64,000 nucleotides of DNA from Dehalococcoidia bacterium (GCA_963665775.2 CAXXTF010000002.1:1312001-1376000), one strand, 5' to 3'. Counted from the stretch's first letter, positions 48,907 to 60,346 are shown. A program made the numbers and translations. The notes: generated by a model not told the origin, from the letters alone.

Positions 48907-50423
48907 CGGTCGGCTCCGGCGGCCTCGACAGCCCTATCCCCGAGTGGCTGGGGCAGCGCGCCCTGCTCTCGCCGCAGCGACTGGCCCTCATCTTCGGGGC
49001 CGAGCGCTGGACCTTCGCCGAGCTGAACCAGCGCGTGGCGGCGGCGGCCCGCTCCCTCGCCGGCCTGGGCATCGAGCCGGGCCACCGGGCGGCCCTACTC
49101 GTGCCTAACACGCCTCGCTTCGTGGAGATGGTGCATGCCATCCCTCGCCTCGGTGCGGTTGCCGTCCCCCTTAACACGCGGCTAACCGCGCCCGAGCTCC
49201 GCTGGCAGATGGAGGACGTGAGCGCGACCGCCCTTCTGTACGACGACCGCCACGGCGAGACGGCGCTGGCGCTGGCTGACGCCCTGCCCGGTCCGCTCAC
49301 GGTATCCCTCTCAGAGCTGGCTCCAGGGGTGGAGGCGCTGCCACCCGAGTCGCGCCCGGCGCCCATCGATTTGTCAGCCGTCCACACCATCATCTACACC
49401 TCCGGCACCAGCGGGCGGCCCAAAGGGGCGATGCTCACCTTCGGCAACCACCTCTGGAGCGCGGTGGGCTCGGCCCTCAACCTGGGCCTGCACAGCGACG
49501 ACCGCTGGCTGGCCTGCCTGCCCCTCTTCCACGTGGGCGGCCTGTCCATCCTCCTGCGTAGCGTCATCTACGGCATCCCCGTACTCCTCCAGAACGAGTT
49601 CGATCCAGCGGCGGTAAACCGGGCCATCGACGACGAGGGCGTCACCATCGTGTCGGTGGTGGCGAACATGCTCCAACGGATGCTGGAGGCCAGGGGAGAT
49701 CGCCCGTATCCGCCGACGCTCCGCTGCGCGCTGCTGGGGGGCGGTCCGGCGCCCAGGCCCCTCCTGGAGGAGTGCGCCCGGAGGCAGGTGCCCGTGGTCC
49801 AGACCTACGGCCTCACCGAAGCGGCCTCCCAGGTGGCGACCCTGGCGCCGGAGGATGCCCTGCGCAAGCTGGGCTCAGCCGGCAAGCCGCTCCTACCCAC
49901 GGAACTGCGCATCGTCGGTGACGACGACGGGCCCCTTCCCCCCGAAGAGGCGGGCGAGATCGTGCTCCGGGGGCCCACCGTTACACCCGGCTACTTCAAC
50001 CGACCAGAGGAGACAGAGCGCAAGCTGCGCGACGGCTGGCTGCACACCGGCGACATCGGCTACCTGGACGGGGAGGGCTACCTGCACGTGCTGGACCGGA
50101 GCGACGACCTCATCGTCTCCGGCGGCGAGAACGTCTACCCAGCCGAGATCGAAGAGGTGCTCCGCTCTCATCCTGATGTCCTCGACGCGGCTACGATAGG
50201 GTTACCGGACGATCGTTGGGGCCAGATGGTGGTCGCCATCGTGAGCCTCCGGGAGGAAGCGACGGTAGGGCAGGAGGAGCTGCTCCAGTTCTGCCGAGAG
50301 AGGATCGCTCCCTACAAGCTACCCAAGCGAGTGCGGTTCGCCCAGGCGCTGCCCCGCAACGCGGCCGGCAAGCTCCTGCGGCAGGCCCTACGTGAGGAGT
50401 GGCTAGGAGAGACCGCCTCCTGA
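48903..50423 (+). CDS. menE: o-succinylbenzoate--CoA ligase
   Basis: YTSGTSGRPKG, SALNLG, YGLTE, SGGENVYP. Confidence 0.93.
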   Translation: MTVGSGGLDSPIPEWLGQRALLSPQRLALIFGAERWTFAELNQRVAAAARSLAGLGIEPGHRAALLVPNTPRFVEMVHAIPRLGAVAVPLNTRLTAPELRWQMEDVSATALLYDDRHGETALALADALPGPLTVSLSELAPGVEALPPESRPAPIDLSAVHTIIYTSGTSGRPKGAMLTFGNHLWSAVGSALNLGLHSDDRWLACLPLFHVGGLSILLRSVIYGIPVLLQNEFDPAAVNRAIDDEGVTIVSVVANMLQRMLEARGDRPYPPTLRCALLGGGPAPRPLLEECARRQVPVVQTYGLTEAASQVATLAPEDALRKLGSAGKPLLPTELRIVGDDDGPLPPEEAGEIVLRGPTVTPGYFNRPEETERKLRDGWLHTGDIGYLDGEGYLHVLDRSDDLIVSGGENVYPAEIEEVLRSHPDVLDAATIGLPDDRWGQMVVAIVSLREEATVGQEELLQFCRERIAPYKLPKRVRFAQALPRNAAGKLLRQALREEWLGETAS

Positions 50424-50544
50424 GGCCGCGGCTCCTTCTCCCGGTACCGCCTGGCATGGCCCCAGGACACAACCGGCAGCCGGTATAGAGGAGGACAAAT
50501 CCGGCCACCGACCCTCGCTCGTAAGCGAGAACAGGAGGAGAAGC

Positions 50545-50946
50545 ATGGCATTTCGGGACGCCGGTTACGACGACGAGGGGTTCTGGGAGCAGGTGAACTC
50601 GGAGAACCCAACGTTCCTCGGCTTCTGGACACATACCTGAGGTAGCTGCCAAGTAATGGCCCCCGTGTTTGGGCGCCTCGCGAAGCACTACCGAAAGCGC
50701 ATCGAGTTCATAGCCGTAAACGCCTATGACCGCCCCGATATCGCCAAGCAGTTCGGCGTGAAGGGCACACCAACCTTCATCCTGACCCGTAAGGGGAAAT
50801 CCCTGCGCCACTTCTACGGCAACATCCCCGAGCCCTTGCTCAAGCAGCACCTGGCCTCATACGCCCCGCCCGCGCCGGTGGGCGAGCCGGAGGAGACCGA
50901 GCCCAGCCTCTTCTCCCGCCTGCTGAAGGTATTCGGCCGGAATTAG
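50545..50946 (+). CDS. Thioredoxin-family protein with in-frame UGA (UxxC), probable selenoprotein
   Basis: AGGAGG RBS; MAFRDAGYDDEGFWEQVNSENPTFLGFWTHT-TGA-GSCQVMAPVF...FGVKGTPTF; TGA at 50638-50640 sits at the first Cys position of CxxC. Confidence 0.82.
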
Positions 50947-51246
50947 GCCACCGCCTTCACCAGGGCTGAGCCGGCGAGGTCAAGTGGCCGGCGGCGCCGT
51001 CGGCCTTCGTCCGAGACAGCGGCCTGACCCGCGCTCGTTGCTCAGAGCAACACTCCTACGCTAATATGCCCTCGTGAAGGCACGGCCGGGCCCACACCGG
51101 TGATCGGTCAAGTCGGCCCTGCCACTCTCTGCTGGCTCCCCTTATGACAGAGGCACCCCCTGACACATTCTCCAGTACCGACGCGTACACAGTGCTGACG
51201 GGCGCGGCAGGCCGCCTTCCGGGCTGCCGAAACAAGGCGTCCTGAG

Positions 51247-52689
51247 ATGGACTCAGACCTTAGGAAGTACCTACTCTTCGGCCTCCTCGGCTTGGCCAGT
51301 CTCCTCTCGGTGATGCAGTTCTCGATGATCGCCATCACCCTCCCCGTTATCGAGGACGATCTCAACGCACCGCTGGGCCCGCTGAGCTGGGTGATCACCA
51401 TCTACATGCTCACCCAGGCGGTGGCGCTGCCCACCATGGGCAAGCTGGCCGACCGGTTCGGACCCCGCACCCTCTTCACCAGCGGTCTAACCCTCTTCGC
51501 CCTCGCCTCTCTGGCCGGCGCCCTCGCCCCTAACATCTATCTCCTCATCCTCGCCCGGGGGCTCCAGGGGCTGGCCGGGAGCAGCCTCATGCCGTCCTCC
51601 ATGACGATAGTCGGGGATGTCTTCGCCAGCAACCGTGCTCGCATCATCGGCCTCCTCGGCTCCATCGGGCCTGCCGGCACCATCGTCGGACCGACCCTGG
51701 GAGGCGCCATCGTGGAGCATCTCGGCTGGCGCTGGACGCTGGCCATCAACGTGCCGGCTGGGCTGTTCATCGTGGCGGCTGCCTTCTTCCTCATACGCCC
51801 CAGTGCCAGCAAGGGCTCGGCGCGCATCGACTTCACGAGTGTAGCCTTGCTCAGCCTCGCTCTATCCTCGCTCATATTCTCCCTGACCGAACTGTCCAAG
51901 AGAGACAGTGACCCTAACCTGCTTATCGTCGCTATCGGTGTCATCCTGGCCGCCGCTGGAGCGGTAACCTTCTGGCGCCGGGAGTCGAGCTCAACCAAGC
52001 CTCTCCTGGACCGCGACCTGCTGAAGCGGAGGGAGTTCCGCTTCATCTTCGCCCTGAGCTTCTTTTACGGAGCCATCATCTTCGGCGCTACCTCGTTCGT
52101 ACCGTTGTACGCGCAGGAAGCGTACGGCTTCACGACCGGCCAGAGCGGCTCTCTCCTGACGGCGAGAGCGATTACGATGGTCATCGCCGCCGCGCTAGCC
52201 GCCCTATTGCTGCCGCGCACCGGCTACCGGGTACCGATCGCCCTCAGCCTCCTATCGATAGGAGCCGTCCTGGCAGTCATGTCCCTCGGCATCGAAGAGC
52301 CGGAGATCGCCGGCAGCCGACTCTCCAACTTCCTTTACCTGACCATCCTTATCGCTATGACCGGGGCCGCTCTGGGGATCTTCAACCCGGCGGCAAGCAA
52401 TGCCGGCATCGACGTCGCCCCCGACCGTATAGCGGCTGTCACTAGCCTGCGCGGTATGTTCCTTTTCCTGGGAGGCAGCATCGGTACCCCGATCATGGTC
52501 CTCGTCACCTCCCGAGCCTCCTCGCAGGCGAAGGGGCTGGAGCTGGCCTTCCTGGGCCTGGCCGTGGTCTCCTGGCTAACCATCCTCCTGGTCTGGGGTA
52601 TTCCGGAGATGGTCAGGAAGGGCGCCAAGGCCCGGGACGGCCAGACGGCTACGGAAGGCCGGGCCCTCGACGCCAGGGAGGGCAAATAG
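51247..52689 (+). CDS. MFS transporter, DHA2-like
   Basis: GKLADRFGPR motif A, ARGLQG, GPTLGG, WRW; many TM segments. Confidence 0.88.
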   Translation: MDSDLRKYLLFGLLGLASLLSVMQFSMIAITLPVIEDDLNAPLGPLSWVITIYMLTQAVALPTMGKLADRFGPRTLFTSGLTLFALASLAGALAPNIYLLILARGLQGLAGSSLMPSSMTIVGDVFASNRARIIGLLGSIGPAGTIVGPTLGGAIVEHLGWRWTLAINVPAGLFIVAAAFFLIRPSASKGSARIDFTSVALLSLALSSLIFSLTELSKRDSDPNLLIVAIGVILAAAGAVTFWRRESSSTKPLLDRDLLKRREFRFIFALSFFYGAIIFGATSFVPLYAQEAYGFTTGQSGSLLTARAITMVIAAALAALLLPRTGYRVPIALSLLSIGAVLAVMSLGIEEPEIAGSRLSNFLYLTILIAMTGAALGIFNPAASNAGIDVAPDRIAAVTSLRGMFLFLGGSIGTPIMVLVTSRASSQAKGLELAFLGLAVVSWLTILLVWGIPEMVRKGAKARDGQTATEGRALDAREGK

Positions 52690-52921
52690 CAGGTCGGTGC
52701 GGTGCTGGTTGGCTATCTCGACGAGGCGGGCCTCCTGGGCCACATAATAGAGATGCAAGAGTCCAGCCCCGACTTGAGAAAAGAGTTGGAAGAGAGCAAC
52801 GCCTTCCTGGCCTACGTGAAGCTCACTTCACCAGAGCTCTGCGCCCAGACGAACGCTCACAGTTATCGCCGTGGCGCCGGTGCCGGCCTCACGGCGGCTC
52901 CTTTTCTGGGACCCCGCGCGG

Positions 52922-54256
52922 TCATACCGGCTTCGTGCCGGCAGCGCAATGGTATGGCGTCGCGATGAAGAACGTGTTGTCGCCTTCAGAGCGGGCAACT
53001 GCGTCCCGCCACTCCTCGGCTTCCTCCGCGTTCAGCGTGCCCAGAACGAAGCCCTGAACCAGCTGCATGTAGGGCTGATCGGCGGCGGTGACGACTCCAT
53101 ACTGCGGGAACATCTTCACCGGCGCCAGTCCGGCCTCATAAAAGCGGCGGTAGAGGCTGATGTCCCCGCAACCACTCTCCTCGACGCCGCCAAACCGGGC
53201 CGACGCCGCCTTCGCCTTCAGCGCCTCGCTCAACTCAAAGTTAGGCAGCAGCGGCATATCCACCGCCCGCACTATCACCCCAACTCTCCCCCCCGGCCGG
53301 GTCACGCGAACCAGCTCAGCCATCATCCGGTCCGCATCCAACTCCTCCATCACCGTAGACGACATCACCACATCGAAACTGCCGTCCGGGAACGGAATGT
53401 CTTCGGCATTCCCTTGACGCAGCTCCACCTGCCCCTCAAGACCTTCCTTCTGAACCAGAGCCGTTCCCTCTCGAAGCAGATAGCGGTTGATGTCCACCCC
53501 GACGATGCGGTTCGCCCCAGCCGTGCGACGGGCCAGCCAGCGGTCCAGGACCCCCGTTCCGCAGCCCACCTCCAGCACATTCTCCCCGGGCTTCAGCTGC
53601 ACCTCCCGCACCAGCCGCTCCACCACTCCCAGGTATCCGGCCTGGCGGCCCCGTCTCTCCAGGATATGGGCCATGCCCAGCTCCGTGCCGCCGATGGTGA
53701 TGGTGGCGTAGCGCTCAGCGAGTTGGGGCACAATTGGCTCCCACTGAGAGGGAGCGAAGCCCAAGGGAAACAGCAGGAGAGGCGGACCGAAGCCCTGTAT
53801 CCGGTAGGAGACGCCGACAACCTCGCCCTCGCCTTCCTCCAGGGGAGACGCCGTCTCCTCTTCCTCCCGATCGATGCGGCCCAGGTGGTCAATCATGGCG
53901 GCGCTTATAACCTCCCCGCGCTCCGCTACCATGTCAGTCGTGTAGGACACGGAGTAGTCGGCGAGCGTAACAAGCGTAGCTCCCGGAAGGTTCGCCACGC
54001 CGCGACGGATGCCCTCGGTGCCCGCCCCCTGCTCCGGGGCGAAGATCAACACCCGAGAGGAGATGGGGCCAAGCACGCCCACGTTGAGGCCGCCCGGGCA
54101 TACGAGAGTCAACGAGGAGATCATCTCCGGATGCGCGGCGATGAAGCTTTCCCAGTCCATCGGGCCCCTTGCGGCGAGGTGCACCCGCTCGATCCCCAGG
54201 TGACGGAGAAGCTGGCACAGACGCTCCTCCACAGTTAACGACGTCTCTCGCACCAT
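52922..54256 (-). CDS. Class I SAM methyltransferase with N-terminal alpha/beta-hydrolase-like region
   Basis: C-terminal VLEVGCGTG, PFPDGSFDVV, RVTRPGG; N-terminal hydrolase-like segments. Confidence 0.8.
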   Translation of the reverse strand: MVRETSLTVEERLCQLLRHLGIERVHLAARGPMDWESFIAAHPEMISSLTLVCPGGLNVGVLGPISSRVLIFAPEQGAGTEGIRRGVANLPGATLVTLADYSVSYTTDMVAERGEVISAAMIDHLGRIDREEEETASPLEEGEGEVVGVSYRIQGFGPPLLLFPLGFAPSQWEPIVPQLAERYATITIGGTELGMAHILERRGRQAGYLGVVERLVREVQLKPGENVLEVGCGTGVLDRWLARRTAGANRIVGVDINRYLLREGTALVQKEGLEGQVELRQGNAEDIPFPDGSFDVVMSSTVMEELDADRMMAELVRVTRPGGRVGVIVRAVDMPLLPNFELSEALKAKAASARFGGVEESGCGDISLYRRFYEAGLAPVKMFPQYGVVTAADQPYMQLVQGFVLGTLNAEEAEEWRDAVARSEGDNTFFIATPYHCAAGTKPV

Positions 54257-54268
54257 TTCAGCCCCCTT

Positions 54269-55003
54269 CTATTCGTCCTCCTCATCGGACGGTGGGACTG
54301 GGCGGGGGAACCCGAACGAGTCCAGGGCAGCGATGAGCAGCCTCGACACGCCCCGGAAAAAGTCTAGCTTCGTATCCTTGATTACCGCCTCGGAGTATTT
54401 AGGCACCCACATGATCACATTATCTCGCACGAACTCGTCCCGTATTTCGATGAAGTGACCGGCATCGCCGCCCCCTTCCTGCACCTCGGCAATCCTCTGG
54501 CACAGCAGCGACAGAAAAGAGAGCTCCACGCCGATATAAGTCGGATTCTCGCTATTGGGGGCAGAGAAATCCAGCTCCTCGAAGAACCTGTTCAACCTGC
54601 CCATGTCCCCTTGCGAAGGAGCCTTCCAGGTCATCCCGTAGGGAGGGGGTGGCCCATAGCCGCGAGCTATGCCCCGCACCAGGCGTGTGCGCTCGATCCC
54701 CAAGTCCGTCTGGACAGTCTCCAGTGGCACACCCTTGCACGCCTCTGCATGCTGTTCAATATCCGCCAGCCCGTCTCTCATCAGATCTGCCGCTGTGGGC
54801 ATGTCGACGAGCAAGTTAATCGCTGCCGGCTGGGCCGTCGGGATGGGGACGATCTCCTCTATGGCATCGAAGCCAGCAGCCGTGACGTAGCGACCCTCCG
54901 CTATCGCCTTCGCGAGGTCAAGGTCGGGCAGCTTTAGAAAGATGGCGGCGAAGTTCCCGAAAATATCCGCCCGTAGTCGCTCCAAACGTACACCTGTCTC
55001 CAT
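54269..55003 (-). CDS. TorD/DmsD-family molybdoenzyme chaperone (divergent)
   Basis: ERTRLVRG, PPPYG, ENPTYIGVELSFLSLL, WVPKY, FFRGV. Confidence 0.65.
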   Translation of the reverse strand: METGVRLERLRADIFGNFAAIFLKLPDLDLAKAIAEGRYVTAAGFDAIEEIVPIPTAQPAAINLLVDMPTAADLMRDGLADIEQHAEACKGVPLETVQTDLGIERTRLVRGIARGYGPPPPYGMTWKAPSQGDMGRLNRFFEELDFSAPNSENPTYIGVELSFLSLLCQRIAEVQEGGGDAGHFIEIRDEFVRDNVIMWVPKYSEAVIKDTKLDFFRGVSRLLIAALDSFGFPRPVPPSDEEDE

Positions 55004-55178
55004 TTAGCGCCTCTCCTGTCTGGCGTCTTGCCCCTCATGGCGCGCCATGCTCCAGCGAGTCGGCCGCAACGCAGGCGTTCTCGAGGGGTCGTACAGCCGC
55101 TGGCCGTCTACGCCGCTAAATATAGCGTACTTTGACACCTGATAGCCAACTATAGCGCTCCTCGCTACTGCCCTCAGT

Positions 55179-56273
55179 CTAGCCTTCCGACCGCTCCAGG
55201 GAGCCCTCGACACCCTCCAGGATCAGCCGCGCCATAATCTTCCCCGTGATCGGCGCCAGAAGGACACCGTTGCGGAAGTGACCCGTGGCGATGAAGACGT
55301 TCTCCTTGCCGGGCAAGGCGCCGATCATCGGCTGGCCATCGGGCGAGCCGGGCCGTAGCCCGGCCCAGGCGCTGGCCACCTCAGCCCGCCGCAGTGCCGG
55401 CACCATGGCCGCCGCCGTTCGGCGCAGCGATGCCTCGCCGCGACGGGTGGTCCGGGGCCGGAACCCCACGTCCTCCACCGTGGCACCGGCGAAGAGAAAG
55501 CCACCGGCCTTGGGCACCAGATAGCCACCCTCACCCCACAGGATGTGGCGAACAGCCGTGGAGCGGTAGGCCAATATCTGGCCCCGAATGGGGCGGGTAG
55601 CGATATCGACGCCCAGGCGGCGGGCCAGATGCCGCGTCCAGGGCCCGGCGGCCAGCACGACACGGTCCGCCGCGATCCTCTCTCCGTCGCTGGTGCGGAC
55701 GCCGGACACGCGGGAGCCGGCGGTCAGGAAATCGACGACCGCTGTCCCCCGCCGCAGCACAGCCCCTCGGTGGCCGGCGGCCCGGGCCAGGGCCTGGGTC
55801 AGGAGGCCGGGATTCAGATGGCATTCCGCGGGCGAGTAGGCCGCTCCTAGCACGGTGTCGGAGAGGGCAGGCTCCAGACCACGCAGGGGGCCGCCCTCCA
55901 CCCATTCCAGGCGGCCCCCCAGCTCGAGGCCGCCGCGACACACGGCCCGCAGCTCTTCGGCCCTACCCTCTGTCTGCGCCACCAGGAGAAGGCCAGAGGC
56001 CCGATACTGAAGATCGAGGCCGGTCTCCTCTTGCAGCAGTTCTACGAGGGACGGGTACAGCTCCTGGCTGGCCCGACAGAGATCACGAAAGGGAGCCGAC
56101 GAGGCCTCCTCCAGGGACGGGACGAGCATCCCGGCCGCCGCTCCCGAAGCCTGCCCGGCCAGCTCGCCCCCTTCCAGAAGGGTGACGCTGGCGCCGGCCT
56201 TCGCCAGGTAGTAGGCGATGGCGCAGCCGATGACGCCGCCGCCGACGATCAGGACATCCGGATTCCGTTGCAC
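55179..56273 (-). CDS. thiO: Glycine oxidase
   Basis: GGGVIG, ASGAAAGML, WAGLRP, GHFRNGVLLAP; thi operon context. Confidence 0.9.
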   Translation of the reverse strand: MQRNPDVLIVGGGVIGCAIAYYLAKAGASVTLLEGGELAGQASGAAAGMLVPSLEEASSAPFRDLCRASQELYPSLVELLQEETGLDLQYRASGLLLVAQTEGRAEELRAVCRGGLELGGRLEWVEGGPLRGLEPALSDTVLGAAYSPAECHLNPGLLTQALARAAGHRGAVLRRGTAVVDFLTAGSRVSGVRTSDGERIAADRVVLAAGPWTRHLARRLGVDIATRPIRGQILAYRSTAVRHILWGEGGYLVPKAGGFLFAGATVEDVGFRPRTTRRGEASLRRTAAAMVPALRRAEVASAWAGLRPGSPDGQPMIGALPGKENVFIATGHFRNGVLLAPITGKIMARLILEGVEGSLERSEG

Positions 56274-56308
56274 GCTGCTAGTTTAGCTGATAGCGAGCGC
56301 TTCCTTCG

Positions 56309-57124
56309 TCACGCAGCTTGTTGGCCGCACTCGATAGTGATGGGTGCATCGAAGTCGCCATAAAGGCGAACGATAAGGGATCGCGACCCGAAGGGGTCAT
56401 TATCGCGCTGCTCCTGTCGAAGCAGAAGGAAGCTGTCCTTGGCAATCCATTCGGTACGCCATATCGTGAAGGCGCCCTCTTCGCCGACCGTACGGAACTC
56501 ATAGCTGATGACCCAGGCGGGTCGGCCCCCGTAATCTTCCTCTCTTTTTATTGCCACGTTAGTGGCCGCTGTAGCGAACTCTCTCAGCGCTTCTTCGACC
56601 CAAGCTAGACCACCAGCGGTTCGTTGTAAGGCTTCCGGAAAGATGTCCGGCCAGCTGAATGGCCGAGGCAACGGGTCCTTGCCTTCCCAAAGACCCCAAT
56701 TCCCGCTTTGATCGCGGCTCCGCTCCAAGTGAGCGATGCCGATGATGCAAGTCTCCCGACCGCCTTCTATGGGGTCTAAATAGATGAACCGGGCACGCTC
56801 TGCCGCCAAATACTCCTCAACGTGCTTGAAGACGGGAATGCCCGCGACGGATGGCCGGACATCGACGGTCACCCGCAGCGAGGTCAGTCCGTTCATCGCC
56901 TCATCCGAGCGGCTCAATATCTCCAAGGCAGTTGGCGGAGACGTCGGCTCTGGTGTTGGCGTCGGCGGTATGGTGGTCGGCGTCGGCGTGGGAGCGGCGG
57001 TAGGCTCTGCGGTAACTATTGGGGTCGGCGTGACGGGTGGCTCCGTAGCTGTGGGCTGCGTGTTCCCCCTGCCACAAGCGGCCAGGATCGCGACGAAGAA
57101 AGTGACGGCAAAGAGGACACGCAC
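56309..57124 (-). CDS. Putative lipoprotein with Pro/Thr linker
   Basis: Signal peptide with lipobox LAAC; PT-rich linker; C-terminal YGDFDAPITI; own TATAAT at 57147-57142. Confidence 0.75.
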   Translation of the reverse strand: MRVLFAVTFFVAILAACGRGNTQPTATEPPVTPTPIVTAEPTAAPTPTPTTIPPTPTPEPTSPPTALEILSRSDEAMNGLTSLRVTVDVRPSVAGIPVFKHVEEYLAAERARFIYLDPIEGGRETCIIGIAHLERSRDQSGNWGLWEGKDPLPRPFSWPDIFPEALQRTAGGLAWVEEALREFATAATNVAIKREEDYGGRPAWVISYEFRTVGEEGAFTIWRTEWIAKDSFLLLRQEQRDNDPFGSRSLIVRLYGDFDAPITIECGQQAA

Positions 57125-57375
57125 GATGCTGACCCTCGAGCATTATACTCGCCCCAGTGTGTGGACGCGGCGAGACTGCCCCCACCCACGGCGCGAACCA
57201 CCTCCACCGTGTCGCCGTCCCCGATAGCGACCTCGGGCCAGCGGTCGCGGGGCAGCACGTCGCCGTTCAGGGCCACCGCCACCTGCCGGGGCGTTATGTC
57301 AAGCGAGCACAGGAGGTCGGCGATCGTCACCGGCCCCGCGATCTCGCGAGGCTTCCCGTTGAGGGTGACGATCAT
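57016..57375 (-). CDS. thiS: Sulfur carrier ThiS (canonical domain ends at 57178; frame continues 53 aa)
   Basis: MIVTLNG...VAVALNG...GDTVEVVRAVGGG. Confidence 0.88.
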   Translation of the reverse strand: MIVTLNGKPREIAGPVTIADLLCSLDITPRQVAVALNGDVLPRDRWPEVAIGDGDTVEVVRAVGGGSLAASTHWGEYNARGSASCVSSLPSLSSSRSWPLVAGGTRSPQLRSHPSRRPQ

Positions 57376-58016
57376 CACGGGCGGGCGACCCGCTCGCCAG
57401 CGGCGGCGGCCTTCAGGGCGCCACGGAGATCGCGGGCGGCCTCGCCCGACGAGGGCGCGGCCAGGACGGCGGAGATGACGGCGACGCCGGCCGCCCCGGC
57501 ACGGATCACCTCCGCCACCCGCTCAGCGGTGACGCCGCCGATGGCGAGGATCGGCGTGCGCACGGCACCGGCGACCGCCGCGATGAGCGCGGGGCCGGCA
57601 GGCTCGGCACTGGGATGGGAACGAGTGGCGTACACCGGGCCGGCGATAACGTAGTCGGCGCCCTCGGCCTCGGCGCGGCGGGCGGCATCCGGCGAGTGGA
57701 CGGAGCGGCCCACCAGGAACTGCGCCGGGGGCCGCTCGATGGCCGGGGCCGCCTCCGGCAGGTGAAGGCCGTCGGCCCCGCAGGCCAGAGCAGCCTCCAG
57801 CGAGCCGTTGACGATGAGGAGGGCCCGCCCCTGCGTGACGGGTCGCAGGCGGCAGGCAAGAGCCAGAAGCTCGCCGGGCGGCAGCTCCTTCTCCCGAAGC
57901 TGGACGGCGTCCACGCCGCCGCGGATAGCGTCCACCACAGCATCCACCAGGCCATTCGGCCCGCCGCAGAGGGCGCGGTCGGTGACCAGCATGAGGTGGG
58001 GAACGGGCAGGGGCAT
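57375..58016 (-). CDS. thiE: Thiamine-phosphate synthase family (ThiE/TenI)
   Basis: VQLREK, ADGLHL, GRSVHS, GPVYATRSH, AIGG. Confidence 0.8.
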   Translation of the reverse strand: MPLPVPHLMLVTDRALCGGPNGLVDAVVDAIRGGVDAVQLREKELPPGELLALACRLRPVTQGRALLIVNGSLEAALACGADGLHLPEAAPAIERPPAQFLVGRSVHSPDAARRAEAEGADYVIAGPVYATRSHPSAEPAGPALIAAVAGAVRTPILAIGGVTAERVAEVIRAGAAGVAVISAVLAAPSSGEAARDLRGALKAAAAGERVARP

Positions 58017-58798
58017 CAGGTGGGTCGAGCGACGCCCTCGACGGGGCTGGATGCCTCGGCCAGCTCCTTCCGGGGGATGCGCCCGGCCAGGTAGGCCCGG
58101 CGGCCCGCCTCGACACCCAGCCGGAACCCCTCGGCCATCGCCACCGGGTCTTCGGCCTGGGCGATGGCGCTGTTGACCAGGACGGCATCGGCGCCGATCT
58201 CCAGGGCCAGGGAAGCGTCGGAGGGGGCGCCCAGTCCGGCGTCGACGACGACGGGGACGCGGGCGTTCTCGATGATGATCTCGATCTCCTCCCGGGTGAA
58301 GATGCCGCGGCCGGAGCCGATGGGCGAGCCCAGGGGCATGACGGTGGCGCAGCCGATCTCCTCCAGGCGACGGGCCAGGATGGGGTCAGCGTGAATGTAG
58401 GGGAGGACGACGAACCCCTCGTCGATGAGTTGGCGGGCGGCCTCCAGGGTGCCCACGGGGTCCGGCAGGAGGTACTTGGGGTCCGGGATCACCTCCAGCT
58501 TGAGCCAGGTGGAGCCGGTCAGCTCGCGGGCCAGGCGAGCGGTAAAGACGGCCTCCTCCGGGGTGCGGCAACCCGCCGTGTTGGGGAGGATCGTGTAGCG
58601 AGACCAGTCCAGGTGGTCCATCAGGTTGGGCTCGTCGGGGCGGTCCAGGGGCAGGCGGCGGATGGCCACGGTGATGATCTCGGCGCCGGAGGCGTCGATG
58701 GCGTCGCGCTGCTCCTCCATGCTGCGGTACTTGCCAGTGCCGGCGATGAGGCGGGAGCGAAAGCGCTTGCCGGCGATAGTGAGCGAGTCCTCGGTCAT
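58016..58798 (-). CDS. thiG: Thiazole synthase
   Basis: [36 protein letters not shown]. Confidence 0.96.
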   Translation of the reverse strand: MTEDSLTIAGKRFRSRLIAGTGKYRSMEEQRDAIDASGAEIITVAIRRLPLDRPDEPNLMDHLDWSRYTILPNTAGCRTPEEAVFTARLARELTGSTWLKLEVIPDPKYLLPDPVGTLEAARQLIDEGFVVLPYIHADPILARRLEEIGCATVMPLGSPIGSGRGIFTREEIEIIIENARVPVVVDAGLGAPSDASLALEIGADAVLVNSAIAQAEDPVAMAEGFRLGVEAGRRAYLAGRIPRKELAEASSPVEGVARPT

Positions 58799-58807
58799 TG
58801 GCTGTCC

Positions 58808-60346
<1,539 letters not shown>

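Noticed and set aside
50950-51246. Hairpin-rich intergenic region before the MFS gene as a riboswitch
   Set aside because: No known aptamer consensus and no U-tract terminator recognised
52702-52968. 88-aa ORF after the MFS gene
   Set aside because: No RBS, no recognisable family, overlaps the convergent methyltransferase; at most a gene fragment
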